This document shows positions 10,161 through 19,624 of a DNA stretch of 64,000 nucleotides, piece after piece. The position numbers were made by a program, and so were the translations under genes. Below the pieces are notes generated by a model that was not told the DNA's origin, did not search any database, and worked only from the letters and a program-made list of their open reading frames with translations. Source of the DNA: Carpediemonas membranifera BICM (Eukaryota; Protista; Fornicata); assembly GCA_019828565.1 (NCBI GenBank), contig JAHDYR010000007.1, positions 444,373 to 508,372 of the forward strand, in the 5' to 3' direction. Numbering within the stretch: the stretch's first letter is position 1; each line of letters begins with the position of its first letter.

Positions 10161-10610
10161 GAGAAAAGACCCTGTTCTCATTCAAAAACGAAACTACACA
10201 GCTAGAAGAGACAGAAAAGCATCAACACATTGTATATACCTGAACACCATCGTCTTTAACCTTGCTTCATTCACATCTATGTTCATTGTTCTTCAGAAAT
10301 GCATTTCTCGATCAACCACTTCGAAAGCACGAAAGCAACGGCGGATATAGGAATTATACTATGTATACGTAGTATTGCTGTTCCTTCCACTGTTCTTACC
10401 GCATCTCAATGCGAATATACGCTTGTGTATCTTTCCGCGTGGTACGAAATCTGCGTAAATGTACCGAAGCACGCCAACTCGCTGCACACGGTTAGAGGTA
10501 CATGCGTCACTCCCAAATCTGTCGGGGTCAACGCAGTTCGCGGCTGGCCAATCATTTCCAATCAGATGCACAACAGCTCCCGTGGTTGCAAACAATAATC
10601 TCCTCGGATA

Positions 10611-11801
10611 ATGGCGTCCTTGCGTTATGACTACTCTTTGAAGCCTGCTACTGAATCTATACTTGACGGATCGATCCACCAGGTGATCGAAATCAGCCAG
10701 AGCGATTTTGTTACTCCCTTCTCCACGGCATCAACTGGTGGCTACGTGCAGTACTCACAGCACAGTGGCACTCTCACTTTTAAGCCTACTGTCCGCCACA
10801 ACCGCCCCGTCACGCACTCTGTGTACTCCCCCAAACATGACCTCCTTATCACTGGCGCCAGCGACGGCAGTCTCGTCCTTGGCTCCCCCGGGAAGCGCGG
10901 TGCTCGTGCCCATCCCGTGAACGGCGAACTCGCCGGCATTGAACTGACCACTGACGGCGACGCTGCCGTAGTCGTCTCCAAGGCCGGTGTTGTCGCCATC
11001 GTCGAGCTTCCCGAGCTTGAAGTGACTACATTCGACACTTCCGGCCCTGTTGACGCCATCGCCATCCTGGACGACGACTCCGTGGCCCTCTTCGACCGTG
11101 ACCCGGACTCGGTCTACTCTGTCTGGTCCCTCACCCGGCAGCAGCGCATGTCTGTCGTCGGCTCTGCAGAGATCCGCAGCCAGATCGGCGTACCCACTGT
11201 GGTCTGCATCAACGGCGACCAGACCCGCATCGTCTCGGCCCACGGCATCGTCTGCCAGCTGTGGGGTGCCGACTCTGGCCGCCCTCTCGTGCAGTGGCGC
11301 ATGACCTCGGGCATCACGTCCCTCGCATGGATGGACACCATGCTGCTCGTCGGCCACAACGACGGCACGCTATCCATGTGGACTGTGACTGATCGCAAGG
11401 CGACGTCGATGCTGTCCAACAAGTCCCACCGCAGCAAGGTCACTGCCATCGGTGTCGGCAACAAGGCCGTGCTCTCTGTCGAGTCGACCGGCCGCATCTG
11501 CTTCTGGAAGTACGTGCTGGACCCCGTCAACACCCCCTCCCGCTCCCCCTCCGTGCTCCCCGTCGACCCCTACTCGGGCTCCGTGCCCGCCACGCCCTCC
11601 TCCCTTCACCAGTCCACGGTGCCTGCCACGCCCACGACAACGAGGGTGGAGCGTGCCGACGACTTTGGCGAGCCCGCGTCGGAACAGACCATTGTGGACA
11701 TGCTCGATGAAATGACTACGATGCTCTCCACTGCCCTGCAGCGTATGGGCCGCCTTGAGGCCCGGATGGCGTCCCTCGAAGCTCGCCTGAACGCTAAGTA
11801 G
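10611..11801 (+). CDS. WD40 protein with C-terminal coiled coil, POC1-like architecture
   Basis: WD repeats (LITGASDG, VGHNDGTLSMW, H.SKVTAI..W); C-terminal LDEMTTMLS..MGRLEARMASLE resembles the Poc1 coiled-coil motif. Confidence 0.6.
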   Translation: MASLRYDYSLKPATESILDGSIHQVIEISQSDFVTPFSTASTGGYVQYSQHSGTLTFKPTVRHNRPVTHSVYSPKHDLLITGASDGSLVLGSPGKRGARAHPVNGELAGIELTTDGDAAVVVSKAGVVAIVELPELEVTTFDTSGPVDAIAILDDDSVALFDRDPDSVYSVWSLTRQQRMSVVGSAEIRSQIGVPTVVCINGDQTRIVSAHGIVCQLWGADSGRPLVQWRMTSGITSLAWMDTMLLVGHNDGTLSMWTVTDRKATSMLSNKSHRSKVTAIGVGNKAVLSVESTGRICFWKYVLDPVNTPSRSPSVLPVDPYSGSVPATPSSLHQSTVPATPTTTRVERADDFGEPASEQTIVDMLDEMTTMLSTALQRMGRLEARMASLEARLNAK

Positions 11802-12341
11802 TGTGTACAACTATAAATTCCTCTCGATACGGTGGTTGCTGATGAAAATTGGACATCGCGGGTCACCAATGTTCACGAGCATGATGTGCTTGCCTCAATG
11901 TGATGCTTGGCCGCTCGTTTGGAGGAACTAAGGGTTTTGCAAGAATGGTCAGAAAGCAAGGAAACGCTCATTAACTCCACAACAGGTTATTTATTGTCAT
12001 CTATACCACTTTCGCCACTAAAAGTCGAACATTACGCTCTCCCTCGTCTGATGTTGATTAGAAAAGGTTCAAGACCCGAAAAAAATTGTCAACGTCTCCT
12101 AAGAAACGAGGAACATGTGAAAGTATAGTTTGCGATTAGCGAAACACTGGGAATCCTCTAAAAAGAGTCTTCTTCTCCAGCATTAAGCCCTGTGCAAGAT
12201 CAAACCTTCCTAAACTGCACCGACTCTGCGGCCTGAACCAAAGTATGTATATGACGGGCGGTAGGATCCTTACCGTGTCCCCTGTCACTACAGCTCAGTC
12301 TGTGCGCTCATGCCCTGAGAATTGGACTGTACTTTTTTCTA

Positions 12342-12368
12342 CAACCTTTTTTGCGGGAAAAAAGGTTG
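12342..12368 (+). promoter_or_regulatory. Perfect 11-bp inverted repeat just upstream of the RPLP0 ATG
   Basis: CAACCTTTTTT-GCGGG-AAAAAAGGTTG, ending 19 nt before the ATG. Confidence 0.5.
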
Positions 12369-12387
12369 GAACGTTGTGTAACCAGTA

Positions 12388-13296
12388 ATGGACAAGAAGA
12401 GGGAATATTTCGGTCGGCTCACCGATCTCATCCGCACCTATCGCAAGATTATCGTGGTTGAGGCAGATAATGTCGGTTCTTCGCAGCTCCACGCCGTTCG
12501 TCAGGCTCTCCGCGGCAAGGCTGAGGTCCTGTTCGGCAAGAACACCCGTATCATGAAGTGCATCTCTATGATGGCCAACGAGAACGAGGAGATCCAGAAC
12601 CTTGTCCCTCACATCAAGGGCAACATTGGTTTCGTCTTCACCAACGGCGACCTTAAGGAGATCAAGGATATCATCGAGGCTAACCGCCGCGAGGCTCCCG
12701 CCCGTGTCGGTGCTATCGCTCCCGTCGATGTCATCGTCCCCGCTCAGAACACCTCCCTTGAGCCCACCCAGACCTCCTTCCTCCAGGCCCTCAACATCGC
12801 CTCCAAGATCACCCGTGGTACCATCGAGATCCTCAACGACGTCCACCTCATCAAGGCTGGCGACAAGGTCGGTGCCTCCGAGGCTGCCCTCCTCCAGAAG
12901 CTCGACATGCGCCCCTTCTACTACTCGCTCTCCATCAAGACCGTGTACGACAATGGCCAGATCTTCGACGCTGCTATCCTCAACATCACCGACGAGACCT
13001 TCGAGGGCTTCATGGCCACTGGTATCAAGAACATCGCCTCCATCTCCCTTGCTGCCAACATCCCCACCATCGCCGCTGTGCCCCACCTCTTCATCAACGG
13101 CTACAAGAAGGTCCTCTCCGTCGCTGTCGCCACCGAGGTCACCTTCCCCCTCGCCCAGGCCGCCAAGGACTTCATCGCCGATCCTTCCAAGTTCGCCGTC
13201 GCCGCTGCCCCCGCTGCTGCTGCTGAGTCTGCCCCCGTTCAGGACGAGCCCGAGTCCGAGTCTGACTCCGACATGGGCTTCGACCTGTTCGGTTAA
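12388..13296 (+). CDS. RPLP0: 60S acidic ribosomal protein P0 (uL10)
   Basis: DNVGSSQL, GKNT, APARVGAIAP, C-terminal DSDMGFDLFG. Confidence 0.98.
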   Translation: MDKKREYFGRLTDLIRTYRKIIVVEADNVGSSQLHAVRQALRGKAEVLFGKNTRIMKCISMMANENEEIQNLVPHIKGNIGFVFTNGDLKEIKDIIEANRREAPARVGAIAPVDVIVPAQNTSLEPTQTSFLQALNIASKITRGTIEILNDVHLIKAGDKVGASEAALLQKLDMRPFYYSLSIKTVYDNGQIFDAAILNITDETFEGFMATGIKNIASISLAANIPTIAAVPHLFINGYKKVLSVAVATEVTFPLAQAAKDFIADPSKFAVAAAPAAAAESAPVQDEPESESDSDMGFDLFG

Positions 13297-13397
13297 ACGA
13301 CAAACCTTTCAAGCGACGAAGGGTACCGCACCTTCCGTAATCCCACTAAACAACGACCCAAACTTTCTTAAGACAAAAGAACCGCAGAATTTATACA

Positions 13398-14126
13398 CTA
13401 GATGTCGAGATCAACGACGGCATAGCCGACGTCTCGCTCATCGGTGTCGATCTCCCTGCACTGCTGGAGCAACCCGGGCAGGGTCTGGAGCGCGTTGCTC
13501 TGGTCGACCGCAGCCTTGGTCACGGCCAGCACAGCCATGATCAGCTGCTCTTCAACGGGGTCCTTGCGAGCGGTGATGGCAACCCAGTGGAGGTCGAGGA
13601 GGGCAGAGAGCCACGTCACTGAGCGGGTAAGCACGGCGGCGTTATGGGCTGCAGTGGGGCCATTGACCTGCTCTGCCGCGATCTCGGTGAGAACGCCCAT
13701 GAGGAGGATGGGTGAGTCGCCAGTAAGCTTCGAGAGTGCGTCCTTCATGGTATATCGGTCAGTGGGGCGCTTCAAGGCGGTCTGAATCAAAGAAAACTGA
13801 TCCGCGGTAGAGAAACGCTTCGGAGACGATAATATATGATCGATTGCTGCTACAAGCATCTCTTCGTTGAAGCTATTCCGCATCCTGTTTTCGAGTTTCT
13901 GTACTTTCAGCGTTTTGAGCTGTTCTACTGTGTACTTCCGTTCACGGACCTTCAGGAACGCTGGTCGATCGATTTCTATCCCATCTTGCTTCTCATCGGC
14001 TGCGTTTAGCCAATCAGCGAACTTCGCCATCTCGTTCTCGCCTTTCTCTCGACTCTTGCCAAAGTCGTCTGTCAACTGAAGCAGCAAAGCAGGGCCAGAA
14101 CAGTGCATAGTGCTCTTTACTGCCAT
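13398..14126 (-). CDS. Protein resembling the C-terminal domain of NOL11/Utp8
   Basis: WLSALLDLH and terminal YAVVDLDI resemble NOL11 W..LLLDA.. and YSIEVLEL; by-eye similarity only. Confidence 0.4.
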   Translation of the reverse strand: MAVKSTMHCSGPALLLQLTDDFGKSREKGENEMAKFADWLNAADEKQDGIEIDRPAFLKVRERKYTVEQLKTLKVQKLENRMRNSFNEEMLVAAIDHILSSPKRFSTADQFSLIQTALKRPTDRYTMKDALSKLTGDSPILLMGVLTEIAAEQVNGPTAAHNAAVLTRSVTWLSALLDLHWVAITARKDPVEEQLIMAVLAVTKAAVDQSNALQTLPGLLQQCREIDTDERDVGYAVVDLDI

Positions 14127-14210
14127 CTTCCGCCATAGACATCAACTCAGTCTCGCCCTACCAGTTTCTTCCTGCTAAATAATCGTTTACAATAATGGGC
14201 GGGCATAATC

Positions 14211-14939
14211 CTACAGGGCAGGGCGCGCCTTGCGGATGGTGTGCATCCACTCGAGGAGCTCGGGCTTTGAGCCTACGCTGATGTAGAAGACCTTGTCCTT
14301 CGTTGTCAGCTCCATGCAGTGGTCCTTCTTATCTGAAGGCTGCACAGCCGCATCAGCGAGGTCGATGACACCGGCGGGGTGGGTGGTGTCGGCGTCGGAC
14401 TTGTAGTACATGAGCATGGAGTTCTTGAGGACGAACCAGCGCTGCTTCCAGTTCTTGACCACATGGCCCTGCTTGGTCATCCACCCCTTCTTCGAGATCG
14501 ACTCGGGAGTCTCGTCCTCGACGACCTTGTCAGACTGGGCGCCATCGTAACGATCGTAGAGTTGGACGTAGTTGTACGGGAAGTAACCCTTCTCGTTGTT
14601 CAATTCACCCTTCCACATGCCACTCTCGTGCTCTTCGATGAGAGTAATCACGTCGCCCTTCTTGAAGCTCAATTCGTTGCCTACACGCGCGTCAAAATCA
14701 AAAAGAGCCCGAAGACGAGGGCGGCGATTCTTTCTAGCGGTATTTGGCTTCGGGGAAGACCTTTGTTCATCGTTTTGAGTGGTTGCTTCGTCCTCGGACA
14801 TCGAAATGGATGGTTTCTCGACGTGCCCAGATACTGGCTTTGCGTAATCGGCGTACTCAACAGAAATTTGACCCGGTCTTCCGCTGAAGACGGGGATGAG
14901 TATGTGGACACTGCCATCACTCCCGTTCATTATCTCCAT
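14211..14939 (-). CDS. SH3 + PH domain adaptor
   Basis: ALFDF...ELSFKKGDVI..W..G..G.FPYNYV; KKGWMTKQG..VKNWKQRWFVL. Confidence 0.93.
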   Translation of the reverse strand: MEIMNGSDGSVHILIPVFSGRPGQISVEYADYAKPVSGHVEKPSISMSEDEATTQNDEQRSSPKPNTARKNRRPRLRALFDFDARVGNELSFKKGDVITLIEEHESGMWKGELNNEKGYFPYNYVQLYDRYDGAQSDKVVEDETPESISKKGWMTKQGHVVKNWKQRWFVLKNSMLMYYKSDADTTHPAGVIDLADAAVQPSDKKDHCMELTTKDKVFYISVGSKPELLEWMHTIRKARPAL

Positions 14940-15082
14940 CCAAACGGAGAATTTATGTCGCCCGTCCCGTCTCTGATTCTTTCAAAGTTCAGGGAGGTGG
15001 TTCATTTACGAACAAGCAGACCAGCGTTGCTGGCCACAGAGAAAGATAAGTGCAGTAGTATAGCAGTACCGTGTTCAGCCGC

Positions 15083-15532
15083 TCAGTTGTAGCGGGGATG
15101 CTGTTGGTGCGTGGAGATGAATTGATCGAGCTCAGACATGAGCTCAGCCGTTGCCGTGTCGTTCTCTTGGGCGTACATGATGCAGTTCCAACTCAGCTTG
15201 AAGAGGTGCGAGTATCGAGCGGCGATTACCTGCTGATCATCGTCTTCTGGTGGGGCCAACGCCACTCGCCTTGAACTAGAGCTGTCTCCCATGGCATGAG
15301 GAGTAACAAACGTTGGCGCTGGTAATGATCCGGGAAATGAGGCATCATAACGTGGCACATGTAGCCCAATAGTGGAAATTGGCGGCACCGATAGCCCGTC
15401 TATTGGGTGAGCTAGTATATTGTCGCGACCCATCTCATTCCCTATCAGGTTTGGACCAAGAGATGATCTGTGGTTCTGGGATGTCTGCATTGCGCCATTC
15501 GCCTGCTGGTTATCGTCGTAATGGCCCGACAT
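15083..15532 (-). CDS. Hypothetical protein (149 aa)
   Basis: ATG-initiated ORF filling the gap between co-oriented genes. Confidence 0.5.
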   Translation of the reverse strand: MSGHYDDNQQANGAMQTSQNHRSSLGPNLIGNEMGRDNILAHPIDGLSVPPISTIGLHVPRYDASFPGSLPAPTFVTPHAMGDSSSSRRVALAPPEDDDQQVIAARYSHLFKLSWNCIMYAQENDTATAELMSELDQFISTHQQHPRYN

Positions 15533-15762
15533 TCACTGAGAATCGCGCAGGATAGCCGGCGGATCAACCGTTGGAGACGACCAGAGATGCGTGTGAATGA
15601 GCGGTAGTGGTCTCTATGTACCACGCAATACATTGTTCTTTATGTCCGGACGGTGTCTGCTGGCCACGCTCACTCCCAGTAATTCAAGACCGTTGGTTCG
15701 AGAGCTCGACCCGCGTCATTGCCATTAAATGACCACTATTTTACAGTACCGCGATAACTAGC

Positions 15763-17091
15763 TTAGCGGAAGACCTCGGCGGGAACAGCACGATCGCTGA
15801 GGGTGCGGGACACCTTGGGGCCGTCCCCGATGAGGCAGGCGACCCGCATGGGCCGGACAATGTTCTGCGAAGTGATGTTCGCCAGGCTATCCTCGGACAG
15901 GACGGATGTGTCCTCGGCACTCGAGCTGACCGACATATTCGCGTCCTCAGCGACGTCGTACATGTCAACGTCTCCCGTCCATGGCTTGAACGAGAAGCAG
16001 CCAGACCCGAGCATGGTCATGTCGTTGAGGTAGGGCGGGCCGAGGAAGGCGTCGTCCGGGATTGTGCTGAACCCGCGCAGGGTGATCGACGTCATGGCGT
16101 CCGTCAGCTCGGCCAGGCATGCGTTCCATGCCTCCCCCGACGCCGTAGACCTATCAAAGAGCCGGTCCAGCCCGGGGGACTTCCGCCAGTGCAGGGTCGA
16201 GGGCGGGGGTGTCGTGCCGTAAAACCGGCGCATGTACCCAGCCCGGAGAGGCACGATGTCGGTGTCACAGGAGAGGGGCGGGGTAGGTATGGTCGGGGCG
16301 GGGGAGGGCTTGTGGTCAAGGATCCGGGTAAGGGACTCGGGGCTGAGGCTGGGGCGGATAAAGGAGCTGATGAACTTACGGACAACCGCTGAGTTGGAGT
16401 TCGGGTCGTTTCGCTTCGGTTTCTCGGAACGGGCAGGAGCTTGTGGCTCGGGCTGGGCGGGTTCGAAGTCTTCGTCGTCGCCGTCATCCTCGGCTACGTC
16501 TTCAAGGTTGGTACCTCCGTATACGAGTTCCGATGCGTCAGGCAGGTTCGAGGGGCGTGCTTCGTTGCGGCGGGCAGACCGCATGTCCTCCAGATTCGCC
16601 CGCTCGAGGTCAGTGGGGGGCGATGTCTTGTTGGGGTTATACTTCCAGGACGCGTGGTTGCGGAGGATGGCGTTCATCTTGTTCTTCACCTGGATCTGGG
16701 ACCTGTGGCGGCCGGTGCGGCGCTTCATGATGCCAGCCACTTTGATCCAAGCGGTGCCGTGCTCGCGGTAGAGGGTGACGAGAAGCTTCAGCTCTTTGGT
16801 ATCCCACTTCTCCCAACCTGTGTGAGGGTTCCTGGTTTAGGGGGACGAACAAATGACAGGGGAAAGGTGATCAACCCATCGTTCGCGGCACTGGCGGTGG
16901 CTTCTGTTCGGCAGGAGACGTGCGACCTTATCCCACTTCACGTTGGGTCCTTTCTTGAGCTGCTCGGTCACTGCGTAAACAAGGCGCTCGTTCTCTTCCT
17001 TGGACCAACGCTTCTTGCGACAAGCCTTGCGGAATGCGTCGTTGTGCTTGCTCTGGGATTGGCGGCCTCGTTTGCTATCTCCTCCGTACAT
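15763..17091 (-). CDS. R2R3-type Myb protein; one intron 16818-16850
   Basis: W.KEENERL..W..VA..LPNRS..QCRERW; removing a 33-nt GTTCGT..CCCTCACACAG intron (contains an in-frame TAA) joins the second Myb repeat. Confidence 0.9.
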
Positions 17092-17384
17092 ATAGCCCTG
17101 GTTATTAGTATTAAAGTGTTTTCAGACTCGCAGGGAAGTTACCCTGCGCACATGGGCATTTCCTGATCGCCGGAATCCGCAGGATATGCACTTCGGGAGA
17201 ACAGCGGCCAAGACCCTATAGGAGCCAAGGGCTGGCAGGTAGGTCACCTCGGCGGTACTACGTCGCCTTAAAAACTCAGAGAAGTGTTCAGTGGTGGACC
17301 CTCGTGGGGTGGCCTCCCATCCAAGAACCGCCGACCGTGCTTCTCCGCATCTCACCCATCGACCCGGTCGACCCAGTCATGGAT

Positions 17385-18064
17385 TTATACAATTTTCTTG
17401 CTCTTGAAGTAGCCCGACATCATGAAGGTCTGCGCAGTCCCGGACACGATGAGGATCATCACGACCAGCAGACTAAACCAGGCGATGCGGGACCTAGTCT
17501 TCTCGGACTCAATCTGCATGAAAGCGTCGCGCCTCTTCATGAACCCGAAGTCCCGCTTGATACTGTTGAGCGAGCCCTCAATGCGGAGAAGCTCCCACTC
17601 GAAGACGTTGACGTGGTCCTGGTTGACCGAGTCTGAGGGATCAATGGCCTCGGAGCCGGTCCTGAGGTTAATGTTGACGCGGCGCTTGAGCTCGGACATA
17701 ATCATGCCGCGAGGGGGCTGGACGAGGATGTTGTTGAAGCAGAACTCTGGGTAAGAGACAGTGGGCGGTACATACGGTAGTCTCCCTCCTGGACGGCTGT
17801 GAAGACGAACTTGGACTTCTCGTTGGTGACGCCATACTTGCTGTATATGATGTCCCGGTTGGGAGCCCGGACATTGACGGAAACCTCCATGGTTCCGGTG
17901 TTATCTGGTTCAGCGGTGAATTCTACAATCACGAGTGTGTGTGAAGTGAGCTCCTCGGTGAAGCAGAACGTGTTGCTCACCTGGAGGTCGTAAGAGACGG
18001 CTTGGACTGCCGCGATGGCGATCATCATGCAGCATAGAATCGTAACTAGCCTGAAGTTGCACAT
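17385..18064 (-). CDS. p24/TMED (emp24/GOLD) cargo receptor; one intron 17747-17775
   Basis: Signal peptide, CF.E, spliced EGDYQFCFNN, coiled coil, TM, YFKSKKIV tail; 29-nt GTATGT..CTTACCCAG intron restores the frame. Confidence 0.92.
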
Positions 18065-18276
18065 TTCTATCGTATACTCAACCAGGAGTGGCTGTGGCGG
18101 GCCTGGGATTGTTGTCAGGAGGGATTTACGAGATACATTTGGCCAAGCATAAATCCCCTACAGGCTAAGAGGCTCTTGTTGCGTCGCTATAATACCAATC
18201 AGCGCCGGCTCTTGGCCACCAGTCGTCTCCAACAGTTGCCCAGCCAATCAAATCACCATCCAGCAAGTATTCGCAG

Positions 18277-19260
18277 ATGGCATCGGCGACACAGGCTGCC
18301 CTCACTCAGTTCGACTGGGTTCATACGAGTCTCCCTGACCGACCCGGTCGAGTCGAATCCGCGGGTCATCAACTGCCACCGCATGCAGTTATGCCAAAAA
18401 TCAACCTAGCGACAATTAGAAGGCGGCAAGAGTATGAATCTGCCAAGCGACAAGGGACTCCACGGCTGGTTAACTCAATTGTTGCCTCGATCGAACGAAA
18501 GAGGGCCCCGGACCCAATACGAAGCATTCACCGCGTCCGCCCGCAAGAAATGGAATCAATCGAGCCTATTGATGACTCCACTGACGCTATGAACGGCTTT
18601 CCTGACATCCCGATCACGCCAATCCACCCATCTGGCGGCACGCCCATGCGAGATCAAATCGAGGAGGACGACCTCTCCCGACTCAACTTCAACGGCGAGT
18701 CGATCATAGAGACGAGTATGACGTTCACCTCCGTCCACCGGACACCCCAATCCGCCCGTGGGATCGACACGAGCGTCCTCACCCGCATGAGCCAGCGTGC
18801 TGTCGGCCCGACGTCCACCCACCGCAAGCTCCCACACATAACGCCCAGGCGCACGCAGCTCAAGGCCAAACTAGAGGACAGACAGGCGGAGGAGCGTCAG
18901 AAGGTGACCGGGCCTCTCTCCAGCGTCCTCGTCAAGGCCAGGCAGCAGACAGACACGGACCGGCTCAAGCTGGCCGAGGACGTCGGCACGGGTGAGGCGG
19001 CCGTGGTGACATACACAGTCAAGTCGATGGCCCGGGAGTACGCCCTCGCCGTCGTCGAGGTCATGGACGCCGACTACAGGCTCAGCAAGGTCCTCATGGC
19101 AAACTCCGCGATCGCCCAGCTCAGGCTCCAGTCCGGCACTGAGCTCAAGATCGTTGGCGGGACGGTGCTCAGGCTGCCGGACGGCCCGGTGCTGTTCAAC
19201 CCGACCCTGGCCTGGACGAGCAGGGTGGGGCTGGATAGGGTCATCGAGGAGTCAGGGTGA
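18277..19260 (+). CDS. Hypothetical protein; C-terminal OB-fold-like region reminiscent of SPIDR
   Basis: 327-aa ORF with GC3 bias; GPLS..L...R followed by beta-rich TVKSM.RE..KVL..L.LQ.G.E.KI (weak similarity). Confidence 0.35.
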   Translation: MASATQAALTQFDWVHTSLPDRPGRVESAGHQLPPHAVMPKINLATIRRRQEYESAKRQGTPRLVNSIVASIERKRAPDPIRSIHRVRPQEMESIEPIDDSTDAMNGFPDIPITPIHPSGGTPMRDQIEEDDLSRLNFNGESIIETSMTFTSVHRTPQSARGIDTSVLTRMSQRAVGPTSTHRKLPHITPRRTQLKAKLEDRQAEERQKVTGPLSSVLVKARQQTDTDRLKLAEDVGTGEAAVVTYTVKSMAREYALAVVEVMDADYRLSKVLMANSAIAQLRLQSGTELKIVGGTVLRLPDGPVLFNPTLAWTSRVGLDRVIEESG

Positions 19261-19624
19261 GTGGAATTTGATCGGATCGGATATTTGGATTATTTGGATA
19301 ACGGGCGACTCTTACTAAAGATTCGAGCTTGTTGAGGATATCGGAGGGGTTTGTGATTGTTGGTTCGGTGATGGCGGCTCGTTTCCAGGATGATTGGTCG
19401 TCTGTTCGTCAGGTCGGCCAGCAGATATATCGGGCTTCCATCGCAGTAGGCAGATGAAAGCCGGTCATCTCATTCAAACGCTATGCTCTGGCGGCCAATA
19501 TGAGCTTGTTCGAGCCAACAAATTCAGTATGATAGTCCCTGTCGATCCAATAATAGGCTTTCGCATTTTAAAAAAGCAGTCGCAGTTTATGCTGACCTCT
19601 GCGAAAGATTGTGGCGCTTTTCCC

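Noticed and set aside
10050-10181. 44-aa N-terminal extension of H2A in the ORF track
   Set aside because: It runs through the shared promoter element; spacing matched to H2B fixes the start at 10049.
13318-13335. GAAGG..CCTTC hairpin after RPLP0
   Set aside because: Short, imperfect and not repeated elsewhere.
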